A stretch of DNA of 64,000 nucleotides. Origin: the human T2T-CHM13v2.0 reference genome, Homo sapiens. Within the stretch, counting starts at the first letter, position 1. Every line of letters begins with the position of its first letter. The notes beneath the pieces are model-generated. The model was not told the origin of the DNA and did no database searches. It saw nothing but the letters and a program-made list of their open reading frames with translations. Both the position numbers and the translations under genes were made by a program. Of this stretch, positions 38,146 to 56,184 are shown one piece after another. The stretch lies in NCBI RefSeq assembly GCF_009914755.1, contig NC_060925.1, one strand, 5' to 3'.

Positions 38146-39786
38146 CGGGCCCTGGTTTTTGTACACACGTGCATTGCAGATCTAGAGAAGGTCATGACTT
38201 GCCCAAGTACATATAGCACATCAGGGCAGACCCTGGGCTCGAACCCAGGCCTTCTGCCAGGACTGGGTTAGGCCCAGAGTTGGGGTACTGCACGATGAAC
38301 AAGCTGGGGGATGCTGGGAGTGCTACTCAGTCTCTGGGTGGGAGCCAGCTCTCCTGGCAGCTGAGCAGGCGGGAGCAGGAGCTGGAGCAGGCCCGGTGGG
38401 AGGCCCAGTGACAGGTGGAGACGCTGGGGCAAGTGGCCCGGGAGAAGGAGGCGCTAGCCAAGGAGCACGCTGGCCTGGCTGTGCAGCTGGCGGCCTGCGG
38501 AGCGTGAAGGCAGGACCGTGTCAGAGGAGGCCACACACCTGCAGTAAGGCCTTGGGCTCTGCCCAACCCGCCCTGGGCGGTCCTCCTGGGGCCACGCCAT
38601 GAACAGCCTCACCCAGGCACGGGCCCCCAGGGGCAGTTACTAAGGAGTCTGGCTTGCCAACTCGTCCTAGCTGTGGGCTCAGGCTTCCCCAGGGAGTGTG
38701 GGCCTGGCCAGGCAGGTAGATTGGCACTTGGCCCATGCCTGGCCACTCCCTGAGATCCACAGTTTCCTGGGGCCAGGGAGGCTGAGTCCCAGGGCCTCAC
38801 GCACTGTATGTGCTGCAGCTTGGAGAAGGAAGCCCTGGAGGGCAGCCTGTTTGAGGTGCAATGGCAGCTGGCCCAGCTTGAGGCCCGCCGGGAGCAGCTG
38901 GAAGCCGAGGGGCAGGCCCTGCTGCTGGCCAAGGAGACCCTGACTGGTACGAGTGGCTGGGGACTTGGGGGGAACACCAGGTTCCAGCCCAGACTGCAAC
39001 CTCCCAATGTCTGTAGTCTCACAGAAGTTGGGAGCACTGGAGTAGGAGTCTGGCTGGCCTGGGTTCCAGTCCTGTGCCACCACTTAGATCTCACCTTCCC
39101 TTGAGCAAGCCCCTTTCCTCTCTGGGCTGCAGATTCCTCAGCTGATGATTGGAGGTGGCAATGCCCACCTTCTAAGCCTGTTGCCAGGATGACATGGGAA
39201 AAGCGTGTAAGGCCGTGGCACGGTGCCTGGCTGAGTCAACAGTAACTGCTGTTCATCGGTCATCAGGCCTGTTAGTCTGAGTTCTCTGTGGTTTTCAGAT
39301 GACTCTCTTGGCCCCAGAATCCGAGCCCCACTTCCCTGCACCGTTCCCCATCGAATCTCTGAACTCAGGGCTTCTTTCTGCTCATCTAACATTAACTAAG
39401 CACCTACTTGGGTCATGGAAATTAATTTTCCTGTCCATGTACACCTGAGCCAGACAGAACCAGGAAGGGAAATGCTGGTGGGTTTCCAACCCGGGAGATG
39501 GTTTTTAGATGATGGCTATACCATTTCCATTCCCTGTAGTCGTTTCCATTAATGCTGATAGTTAATGCTTGACAGGTATGTTCATGTCAGTCATTAAAGG
39601 AGATGCTTTATGTGTAGCTGTGCAGCTGTGGGAAGTTGCTGCTGATCTCCTCTGATCCTCCATTTCATCATCTGTTAAACGGGGATGAGGATAAACTACA
39701 TAGGCATGTTATGAAGACAAAATGAGGTTATGTCTAAAATACTTAGCTGGGTGCTTGACGCATAGTAAGTGCTGAGTCAGTAATAG

Positions 39787-40402
<616 letters not shown>

Positions 40403-41691
40403 TAGGGTTGTTATATGTTTGACATCCGTCCCATTTGGGAGGCCTTCTCATCAGTCATTTTATGCCTTTAATGCCATTCTAGGTAGGCAGGAAAGGGGTC
40501 AGGGCCAGTGGGCCCATGTAGCAGATAGGGAAACTGAGGCCCAGAGAGGACAAGCCACTTCTTCAAGAGGACCCAAACTGGATGCCAGGCAGGCCCTCTG
40601 CCTCTGGGATTTTGCCCATATGGCTCAACTGGCCTAAGTCTGCTGGCCCAAGGAAAAATTTCAACCCAACCCTGCCCTTTCCCCCATTCCTCTCGTGCAG
40701 GGGAGTTGGCGGGCCTGCGGCAGCAAATAATAGCTACGCAGGAGAAAGCCAGTCTAGACAAGGAGCTGATGGCCCAGAAGCTGGTGCAGGCTGAGCGGGA
40801 GGCCCAGGCCTCTCTGCGGGAGCAGTGGGCAGCCCAGGAGGAGGACTTACAGTGACTCCAGCGTGAAAAGGTTCAGGCAGCTGGGGAGGGGTGGGCAGAA
40901 GTCTGAGCCAGTGTTTCATCATCGTTCTTGCTCTGCCTCGGTCTGTACATCTGTGAAATGGGACTCCCTCTCTGTTGTGGAGGCCCTGGGGACAGCTGGG
41001 AGGACTGGAGGGGTGGTGGGGAGGTTGTGGTCCTTATTAGACATTCAGATACCCAGGTCCCAAATCTGGTCCAGCCCTGGTAATCCTGATGCAGAGGGTC
41101 CACAACCACATTTGGGAAATGTTGACCTAATGCACAGCAGGAAAGCACTTTCATTTGCTAAGAAGTTTCCATATGAAGGGCCACGCAGACCTGAGCATGT
41201 AGAAAGGCAAGGGGCCAGGGAAGTTACTAGAACACTGACTCTGGGGTTATATTGCCTGGGTTTGAATCTAATCTTGGTCGCTTACTGGTGATGCTACCCA
41301 AGGTGTCTGTGCCTTCATTTCCCCACCTGTAGAAATAGGGATAGGATAGTGGAAGGTATTGAGGATGAGCTGAGACCATCTGCATAGAGGGCTTAACATA
41401 GTGACTGGTACTTAGCAAATGCTCCATGAGTTATGATTGCTGGCACTGGCATGCTCTCCAGAGTGGCCCTCAGAACAGGGGCCCTCAGCCACCAAATCCT
41501 AGACAGGGCTTCCTCTGACAGAGGTGCAGGCTATGACTACATGGCTCCAGGGCATGCCACTCACCCTGCAGTCCCCATGGCCTTGGGTGGTGGTTATCAC
41601 GCTTCTCCATCAGGGGGCGGTAAAGCTCTTTCCGAAAGTGCTGGGATTCCAGGCATGAGCTATGGTGAAGCTCTTAAAGAAGGGGTGGCTT

Positions 41692-41990
<299 letters not shown>

Positions 41991-44532
41991 AAGTGGCAGC
42001 TCTGTCTGCTTCTCACAGAGTTGCTAGGGACAACTGCTGAGGCAGGCACCTGCCCTCGGGCTCCCCGGGTGGGCTGCTATTTGCCTGTGGGCTCTGCCTG
42101 CCCGCCTGTCCAGTCCCCAGGGATCTGAACTGTGACCTCCCCCTTGCTCTTCTTGCCCTTTGCATTGCCTGGCTTGGCCTCATTAATGTCCCCAAATCTG
42201 TGTTCTTCTCTCCAGCTCCTCTGGCAACCCCTGACCCCCTTCATTCCTCACAGCCAGTCCTAACTCTCCTCCATCCCAACCCCAATCCCTCTTCCACAGC
42301 TGTCGGAACATCCCCTAAGCTAAAAATCAGATTGCTCCTTGTCACCTTGGCTCGAGTCCTCTCTCCCACTCCCCTCACTGTCCTTAGAATCCCCATGGCC
42401 CACACGGCCTGTCCTGGCCCAGCCACTGCCTGGGGCTCTGGCCCTGTGACTCACCGTGCCCTGTTTCCCTCTGCACCCTGCATCCTGTAGTCCTTTCCAG
42501 GGGCTGTGCTCTTGGCCTGGGGTGGTCTTTTCTCTCCTTACCTGGCTGACAGTTACTTGTCTCTCCGCAGGGGATCATGTTCGGACCCCCAGGCCAGCCC
42601 ACTGCTGCTCCTTGGCACTTTCACGGCCCTGGCGTGTCCCCGTCATAGCCCTTATCAGTCCCTTGTATTTACCTGGTCACCCTCCATCTCTGAGGGTATG
42701 GGGGCCAGATGGCTCTTGCTGCCCTGATGTTTTGGGGGGTCTGCCTGGGCCCCTCCTGGTGTGTCACACGCGTCCAGTCCTGGCCCCCTAGGAGGCAGCA
42801 TGGCGGGAGCTGGAGGCCGAGCGGGCCCAGCTGCAGAGTCAGCTGCAGCGTGAGCAGGAGGAGCTGCTGGCCCGGCGGAAGGCTGAGAAGGAACAGCTGA
42901 GTGAGGAGATTGCTGCCCTGCAGCAGGAGCATGACGAGGGCCTCCTCCTGGCCGAGAGCGAGAAGCAGCAGGTTCGTGAGCCCTGGCGTGGCCTCTGCTG
43001 CTCTCTGAGCTGCTCCAGTTCTGGGGCCGGGCCCTGCTCTGCCACTTGGCAGCTAGGAGCCCTGGGGCAGGCCACTGCCCTCTTGGGGGCCTCAGTTTCC
43101 TTACCTGCAGGAGGGGAGGATTAGAAGGGGGTTCGTGAGGCTTTGCTGTGCTCCATGCCTGGCACACAGTGAGCACTTACTGAGTGACAGTGACAGTCGT
43201 GACACCAGGAAAGCTGTTCCATATTCTCCCATGCCTCGTCCCACCCCACGCTGGGCATGGATCCTCATGGCTGCCTTCTGAGCAGTCCCCACGATGCCCA
43301 CAGGCATCAGCTGACGTGTCCCCCCAAATAACAAATCCCTAACTTTCCTATAATGTAACGGAGACAGGGCAGACTGTGCCCATCTCCTCTCCTCACCAGC
43401 TGTGTACCTGGGCGAGTCACTTTACCTCCTTGAGCCTCAGTTTCCTCATCTGTAAGATGGGTAGAAAGAAAGACTCTGCAGTCAGGGTGCTGTGGCGGGT
43501 TAGTGAGCTCTATGAGTGGTATCCACGTCCGGGATTCTTGTGACTGCCGTTGTGCCCTTTTCCAGGGCTGCATGTCTGCCCTGGGTCCACCTGCAGTGGC
43601 ACACTCAGGCCTCTAAGCCCCCAGTGGGCACATTTCCTAGGCAGCAAGAAGCCTGAGCATGCCCCCAGGACCAGCCCATCCCCCAAGCCCTTTGTCCCCT
43701 GCCTCTGCCCAGGCCTTGTCTCTGAAGGAGTCTGAGAAGACGGCGCTGTCAGAGAAGTTGATGGGTACACGGCACAGCCTGGCCACCATCTCCCTGGAGA
43801 TGGAGCGGCAGAAACCAGATGCCCAGAGCCGGCAGGAGCAGGACCGGGTAGGCCTGCCATCGTAGGGAGGCTTGCGGAGCAGGAGCGCCCTCTCTCCACC
43901 GAGCTATCCCGCGGTTTCCAGCATCCCATCTGGCGGACTCCTCTTCCTCTCTCTTCTCCTACTCTGGGTCTTCTATCCTGGTGTTCCTTGAATGCCTATC
44001 TTCCTTTTGTGCCTCGGAACCTCTCACGCCTGCCACAAGTTACTCTTTTCCTTGGTAGTTCTGAACTTTAAATAAGGTAATGCCTGTAAGAATGCCATAA
44101 ATGCTCAATAATTGTCATCTGTTATTATTTTCATCAGTAACATCATCTGAATCATCAGTATTGTCTGCTTTTAACAGCTGCATTTTTCATTGTCCAAATA
44201 TAGTCACATACATTTGACCATTTTATAATTATTGAATAATAAATTTGTTCTGCTATTTTACAATGAAAAATAATGCTGCAGAGAGCATTTTTGCACATGT
44301 ATCGTGGCAGATGTAGGCCAGAGGCTCTTCTTTTATCCATCCTATGGCCAACCTATGAATGTATACACGTTTAATGAGATTTTGCCAGCAATCAAAGCCT
44401 TCAGGGAAAATGTCCCTAGCTCTTTACTACATCAGATCAAGGACTCTGGATAATTGGCATAACATCCTGGAATAGCTGAAACAGAGATATTATTCTCTGC
44501 TCTCCTCTGTTGTCTTTGTCTTTTCACGTCTT

Positions 44533-44538
44533 AATAAA
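44533..44538 (+). terminator. Candidate poly(A) signal for the CROCC pseudogene transcript (second AATAAA at 44238-44243)
   Basis: AATAAA followed by GT-rich sequence (tatgtcagtgttctcctgctgtccttgcctgtgtgggtctt), ~700 bp after the last CROCC exon. Confidence 0.55.
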
Positions 44539-46009
44539 AGTGCTGGTGACAAGAGTGTAACTATGTCAGTGTTCTCCTGCTGTCCTTGCCTGTGTGGGTC
44601 TTCTCCCAAACCCGACTTTCCTCCAGCGGCTTCACTGAAAAAGAGGAGGGGGCTGTGGGGGGTGGGTCGGGGAGCAGAGGAGGAAATAAACTGGATAGGG
44701 AGGAAGCTTCTCACAGGCCCGGAGAGGGTAAGGAAGGGAGTCAAAGACAGAATTTTCTTCAGCAAACAGTAAAAGGGGAAATCTGGGGATGCTAAGAGTT
44801 TTTAAACCCTTTGCTCCATCATATAAGTAATCCATGATTTTCTGTTCCACAAATCAGGACTCCTACTCCTCCCTCCCTCCCCATCCCCAATCCTGATTCC
44901 TGTTTACAAAGAATGTTGAAAAACAAGGAATTATGTATAACAGTTCCCAGTTTGCTCAGGAAATTCTCAGATTATAAAGAGACATTACAAATGAACAAGT
45001 GAAGAGAAGAACCTTGGTGGTTCCAACATAGTATGGCCATTGTTTTATACTCAAAATATAGAAAGACAACCTCAGAATAAGAAAACTTTTGGAATGGAAT
45101 AAATCAAGTTTATCATTAAAATGCAAAGAAAAAAACTCTCCAAATGTTGCTGATCTTCTATTTTAAACTACTGTTAGACCGGAGAAGCGGAGAGCAGGGG
45201 AATCCGCCAAAGAGTTTTGGATGAAAATTAATCAGCCCTGTCTACCGTAGTCACACCCCACTGCCCTTGAGACCCAATCCTTCGGAAGGAGTGTCCAAGA
45301 GGTATAAAGCAAAACGAAAAAACAGTTCGCAAATTCCAGAGTTCGTTTTCTCTCATTAAAAATATAAATATCAGGCTAACACATGTTGACACACAATAAC
45401 AGGGACACAGAATCCCTCCTGGAAGACCGACGGGCCCACGGACCCCACGGGTGCCACGGTGGTGGACGAGGTTAAGTAACTTGGTTCAGGGTGTCTGGGC
45501 ACACCTCTGCGTGAGACTCTGTCTCTGCTGCTCCTCTCATCTCTACGCCGATTCCTCCCCACAATCCTCCCTTTTCCTTGGGCCCCCGACGCCTCTCCGA
45601 CCAACAGTCTCCCCAGCCCCGCAGCTTCTCTCTTTCAGACCTTTACTTCTTGATCCTCACTCCATAGTGAGATGTGGCCTTTCAGCAAATAAATTGTGCT
45701 CAGGGAGACTGAAAGAAAGGGGTAAACCAGGATTAGTGCTGCAGGGTCAGAGCTAATGACACAAGCTTCTCTCCTCAGGCCTATTCATTTGAGATGCATC
45801 TCAGGCACTTAGGCACAGCAGTGCTAAGTTAGTACCAATTATATACATGCACACATAAATATATAAAAGCATATAAATATTACATATGTAAATATAAATT
45901 GTACCAATAAAATCGACATCAAGCTTGTTTTTAATCATTCACTCAAAATACATTGAACAGCTACTGTGCAAAGTCTTGGGACTGCTTAGAAACTTAAGAC
46001 AAAAATATT

Positions 46010-46411
<402 letters not shown>

Positions 46412-47105
46412 TAAAATAATGAAGTAAAATAAAAACATAAACCTCAAACAAAAAGACAAACTATGATTTCAATCATTGTGAAGCTCTTGATCTAGTAGAT
46501 GATATATATATATATATATATACATATACCAAAAATACTATAATTTCAGAGAAGTGCTATAGAGTCTAATGTTTAACAACTTCTGGCATTTGACTGATGG
46601 TGTTTAAAGCTCTTCCCGCATTTTCCAGGGGTATAAATCGAGGCAAGTTATTTGGTATTTACTGCATTTTGGCTTCTTCATATGCAAGGGGGTTATGATA
46701 ATAATACCTACCCCATGAGGACGGTATGAGGACTAAAGAAAATCGTGTATGTATAGCCTCGGCCAATGCCCATAGACACTGAGTACTCAACTAGGTGTTA
46801 GCTAGCAGATTTTAAATTTGCATTTATTCGTATAGTTTTTAAGGTAAAATTTACATTCATTGAAATGTTAACTGTATGTTTTTTGACAAATGAATACACT
46901 TATATAACTCATATCCCTATCAAGACAGAGACCATTTTTACCACCCAGAAATTTCTCTCATGTAACTTCCCAGTCAATCCCCTGCCAGAGGGAACCACTG
47001 CTATGATTTTTTCACCACAGATTAATTTTCCCCTTTCTAGAATTTCAAATAAATGGGAAGGTATGTGCTCTTTTGTGTCATTTATCTTCACAGACTTTGA
47101 AATAA

Positions 47106-47494
<389 letters not shown>

Positions 47495-47769
47495 TCAGTC
47501 TTCCTCTCTTAAAGCAACCAATGTTATTAGTTTTATGTGGGCCACCCCATGGCTTATCATTATTAATTCAGGTGTTTATACAAGGCTCTTTGAGAACTCA
47601 GTTTTAAAGGTTACCCAAAGCATCCTAAGACAACTCAGCCTAAAACGATATAAAATCAGTTTTAATATAACTGAAGTTTCTACATTCTGACTCCAACTGT
47701 CAGATTGTGACATTTTCTCTTTCTCTGACTTTATGCCAAATTTACTTCAACTTCTAGCATCCATCATTC

Positions 47770-48520
47770 TCATTTATGAACAAATATGTATTTAACAAAT
47801 GTGGAAATACAAATCATGAAGCAAACAAAACCAAACCCTGGGCTTACGTAGCCGATAGTAAAAAATTCACCAAAATAACCACCCGATTACAGTTTCATGC
47901 AATGTGATAGGAGTAAGGGACCACCATAGGGAGGTCAGAAGGTGCTTTTCAGAGGTGGAGACTACAGCTGTTCTCAGAAGAATAGGGGTTAGAAGAACCT
48001 TCCAGGCACAGAGCAAAGCATGAGCAAAAGCTCTGTGGAGGCCAGGAAGCTGGTAAATAGGGAATAAAAGAGGCCAGTTTGGCTGGAGCAGAGAGAGCAG
48101 AACAGAATTGGTCTGAGTAGTGAGAAGAGATGAAGAAGTGGGCAAGGCGCCTGGCCATTCGGGGCTTGGTTAGTTAGGAGGTTTTGTCTAAGAGAATGGG
48201 AAGGTGTTTAAGTGCTTTAGGCTGGGAAGTGACACGGTCACATTATATTTTGGAAAAGCCACTCTGCCTGTTGTGTTGAGATTAGAGAGGCGATAAAGGG
48301 GATATGGGTAAACCACAAGAAGACTAGGTCAGTAGTCCCTCGACCCTCACTCCCCAGGTGAAGGCAGCCTAGACTAGGGTGGTGACGGAGGAGATAGAAG
48401 AGGACAGATTCAAGGAAAATTTGGAAGGTAAAAACCAGTAGGATTTGCTGACGGATGGAGTATAGGAGGGGAGAGGTAGATTATCAGGGATGTATCTTAG
48501 TTTTCTTATACAAGATAGAT
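47770..48520 (+). mobile_element. L2 relic
   Basis: Purine-rich L2-like motifs (ttccaggcacagagcaaagcatgagcaaaag, ggatttgctgacggatgga). Confidence 0.65.
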
Positions 48521-48859
48521 TCAGTTGCAATGAAATTGTTAACTGAAATTGACTTTAAATAATGGCATGACCTAAAGTTATGCAAACATTTGCCTTAGAT
48601 AAAATATCAAGTTTTCAAAGTTTTTAGCTGGGTGGACGGCATGGCTTTACTTCCTATTTCTTGGTATTCTAATCCTGTTGAAAAAAAAAGTTTTTCTTTT
48701 TCTCAAAGGCTTATTTCAGTGGAAGCCCATCTGCAAAATCTGTTAATAAATTTAAATTAGAAAATAACTACAAGTGCCATTGACACATTGGTTATTCTTT
48801 TTGAGAGTGACCTAAGGCCACCTCTGGGAGAGCTGGGGGCTCTTCTGAAGCCTGCCCGA

Positions 48860-49900
48860 CTGCACCGCGTGCCCGTGCCTGGAAGTCAGATTCGGGGCGG
48901 TGCGGCAGCGCGAGGCCTGCAGTCCTAAGCGCGGGGTCGCTCCAGCCCCAGAGGGGGTGTGTCTCCTGCCTCTTCAACCTGGCAGGGGCTGTTCAAGTGG
49001 CCGGGGAAACCAGCGATTTGGAGGGTCGAGGGCTGGTGCTTTGAAAGACAGGCGGAGGGGAGAGAGGGATTTCCCCGTCCCCGCTGCACTCGGTCCTTCC
49101 CCTGGGTTACTCCTTTCCTCCGCCTGCGCGGCCCCTAACCTGCTCGAACCCGTTGTGCAGAAGAGGCCGCCGGGTCCCTTTAAGGCCCCGCCGCGCCTGC
49201 GCCTTGGGTTATCCTGACACGCCCATCGGGATCCTGAGGAGCCAGTGGGCTGCAGGCGCAGGCGCAGGCGAGGGGCTGGGTGGCGGTTGAGACAGCGGCG
49301 GTACTGGGAGGCGTAGGTGAGGGTCGCGAGGCTGCCCGAGCTTCTGAGCGAGCGCGGTGCTTTTGGGAACGCGGGACGGGCGATCTGCGGCGCCAGGAGC
49401 TGGGCCGAGGCGCGGCGGCGCGGCTGCCGGCTGCCCTGTGAATGGGAAGTTACGCGAAGTCCACCCAGCGTTTCTGAGGTGAGGGCGCCGCGCCAGGCTG
49501 GGCGGGCGGTGAATCCGGGACCCGCGGGCGCACAGCTGGGTCGAGGCGCGGCCGTGGCAAGTTTTGTTGCGCGAGCGCGGGGGCGGGTGGGGGCTGTGGG
49601 GGGTCGTGCACCGCCGGGGCCTGAGTTCCCCGCGCTGGATTCTTCGCCTGCCGCTGCCGCCCGCAGCCCAACTCTCGTGGGCGCTGGGGAAGAAACTCGC
49701 TGGCGGGTGTTCTGTGGCATCCCAGGGGGTGGAGGGACGGAGCAGCTTCGGGGGCACGTCCTCCTATATCCTGTAGAGGACACTGACCCCGCACCCCACC
49801 CTCCAGGCCAGAAATCCGTTCCCTCTGCGGACCTGAGAGGCGAGCGCGCTCGCGCCCCTGACTTGCAAAGTTGGGGTCTTTACTGGCCTCCGGGCTTCTG
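48860..49900 (+). promoter_or_regulatory. NBPF1: NBPF CpG-island promoter with non-coding exon 1 (~49270-49478)
   Basis: CpG island, NRF1-like GCGC-repeat sites at 49192-49202 and 49256-49266, donor gag/GTGAGG at 49479. Exon matches NBPF-family 5' ends as recalled and lies ~4.7 kb from the CROCC pseudogene end. Confidence 0.8.
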
Positions 49901-50506
49901 CTCCTGGCGGTGTCTCCAGGCTGGTGATGGGCAAGCCAGGTGTGCCAGCTCCAGGATGCACATGAGCAGCATTTGTAGCCATCACTGAATCACCTCCTGA
50001 CTAGCGGGGCAAGCCTCAAATGAACCGCAGGATTTCGGGTAGATTGGATTGTGGGGTTGCTGTTTGCACTCCAAAGAGTTGCTGTGATTTCCCTGCGTCT
50101 GGCTGGCTGGCTGGCTTCTTAGATCATCTCATGTGGCGTCCTTTCAGCGGAGAGTTAACCAAGACGTTTGGCCTGGCTTCCTTGTTTTCCTCCTATCTTT
50201 TGCTTAGAGCTGCTTTCGAAAAGAAGTCTTTTCTGGCAGTGGTATCTTTTCTTTGGGTTACAGTGTTGTTCATCCTTTCTTTGCCAAAAGAATGAATCCC
50301 AGTGCTTCAGGAAGTTAAAGAAAAGATCTGCTGGTAGTGTTCTGAGCTGATATGCGTTAGTAGCTTTTTGTTTTTAAATTCTATTGGTAAAATTTCACTA
50401 GTGAACCAGAAGCTACTTTTTCTATTCTGAAATGCTAGCTTTAAGATTTCTGAGAACTTTGCGTCAAAGAAATCTTGGAAAAGTTACTGAAGTATACAGA
50501 AGTTCA

Positions 50507-53868
<3,362 letters not shown>

Positions 53869-55529
53869 GGACTGTTGATTACATATGACAGAAACCCAAC
53901 CACCTCTAGTTCCCACCACCTTTCAATCTGCTCTTCCCTGGGTCTTCCCAGTCTCCGTAAATGGCAGCTCCATCCTTCAAGTTACCGAAGCCCTAAATCT
54001 CAACGTTAACCTTGATTTCTCTCTTTTATCTCACAGGCAATCTGAAGGCAAATCCTGTTTAGACCCAGGCGAAGGTTCCCGGTGACCCGGGCTCTCACCA
54101 GCCAATTGTCCCTTGCCGTCCTCCTGAGGGTGCCTGGAGCTTAAGCACTGTGTGCTCTTGGCCTCCACACTGGGGATGCCGCTGACTCCCACTGTCCAGG
54201 GCTTCCAGTGGATTCTCCGAGGCCCTGATGTAGAAACTTCCCCATTGGGTGCACCAAGAGCAGCCTCACATGGTGTGGGCTGACATCAAGAGCTGCCAGA
54301 TCCAACAGGTAAAAATCCCGAGGCATTGCCAGCTCAGTGGGGTCAGAGAGTCCTCTTTGTATTATGACTCAGATGTGAAGGGAAGATGTCAAGGTCCCTA
54401 AACATTGCAGGGCCTTGCTTGGCATGCAACAGATATTAAATAAATATTTGTTAAATGAATGAACAAATATCCACAGCATGTGCTGCCCATGAGCTGCAGT
54501 GCCGTGGTCAGGTAGAAGTGATTTTACTTCAGGAGAGGACAGTGTTCTCTCCAGGACTTTTCCTTACTAGCTAGATCTGCATCCCTCTCCTCACTCTTCC
54601 CCTCTCACCCCCCATTCTCTGCCCCCATTTCTCTCTGTTTCCACCCTGCTGTCCCCTTTCACCTGCTTTCTGCTCTTCAGCTTTGGTGGCTCACCCCCTC
54701 CCTGTCCACCTGCATCCCCCAGGCTAAGGCTCCTACACTGTCCTGGGTGGGGAGATGTGTCTGGTTTTAGGCAGTGCCCTCTGGATGTGTCCAGGATGGG
54801 GAAACATGGCTCAGTTGCCAGTATAATGGGTTAAAAGTGGCCACTTTTGAAGGCCTTTCCCATCTCCCATTCCAGAATCCTGTAGACTTAGAATTTATGG
54901 GCCACAGTGGAATTCTTGGTTCCCCAGGACCTTGTGGTGGACGTCTTCTTTCACTGAGCATTCATGGGGTGACTGTGAGGTAGTAGGCCCTGCTCTGGGC
55001 TAGAGGCCCCACAATGAGTAAATCTCAGGTCACTACCCCATGGAACCCACTACTGCAGGCATTGAGAGGGGGAGAAAGAAAGGGGCATGGCCTGTTTGTG
55101 TTCTTCTCATGTGGTCACCCACAGGTCCTGGGGGAGTAGGAGCCAGTGCAAGGAGAGAAGTCCATTGAGAAAGGCAAATGGATGACATCAGACCCAGGGG
55201 CTGAGGTCCCCAACTGCAGCTGGGTAGCTTCTGGAGTGGACAAGGAGCAACAGGGAAGTTCGTGGCCTGGTGTTCTGGGATCCACTGTCTCATCTCATTC
55301 TTGTGGGCACCAGAACGTATCCAAAGACAAGACTCAGTGTCTCTGGCAACAGTGAGCCAGAGATAGAATGTGTTTCAGAGGAGGAGGAAGGGGTTGTTGT
55401 ACCCCATGGAAACAGTATATTGTTTTACAGTAGCGTGTCTTTCTCTAATAACTACTTAGCGTGTTCCTGTTAATGGAAAATATTGGTGGTGTAAGTTTCC
55501 CCACTGTTCTCATCTTCATGTAAATTTGT

Positions 55530-55740
55530 TCATTTCCTTCCTTCCTTCCTTCCTTCCCTACTTCCCTCCAACTCTCTTTCTCTCTCTTTTTATTCTTTCC
55601 CTCCTTCCCACCCGCCCTCCATCCCTCCCTTCCTTCCTCCTTCCCTCCTTCCCTCCCTTCTTTCCTTTCTTCCTTTCTTCTTTTCTTCTTCTTTCTCTCT
55701 CATGCTCTCTCTTTTTCTTTCCTTTTCATTCTCTCTACTT
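55530..55740 (+). repeat. Polypyrimidine (CT-rich) low-complexity tract
   Basis: (CCTT)n and (CTTT)n-like tract of ~200 bp. Confidence 0.92.
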
Positions 55741-56184
55741 TTTTGAAGAGATCACACTGTACTGAAACCTACATTATTTTCCAAAATCTCTGGATCTGCT
55801 TCTGTCTTGCAGGCAGAGAGCTCATCCAGTAGCCCTTAGCTCTTCCCAGCCCCCTCCTTTGATTTGTGGGTGCCACTGCGGCAGCTGCTGAGTCTCAGTG
55901 GTTTCTGGTCTTCACCAAGTTCTGCCCACCCAGATGGTTTTTACCTGTCCTCACCAGAAACCTGCACTGTCTAGATTGCTGAGACTGCTTCTCCTTAACC
56001 GATCTGCTATCTGTATTCCAGGGGCACCCCAGGGTTAGAGGTAAATGGCACAGGCCTTGAAATCTCCAACTGCTCTGACTCCAGGTTGGTGCACTTCAAT
56101 GCCAAGTACTAACCACACAATTACAGGATGCCACCAAAACCTTGATATGGGGCTGCTGCATCCTAATTAAAAAAACAGTTAATA

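Noticed and set aside
48974-49988. Overlapping 180-270 aa Arg/Pro/Ala-rich ORFs
   Set aside because: Stop-codon scarcity in a CpG island; no recognisable domain.
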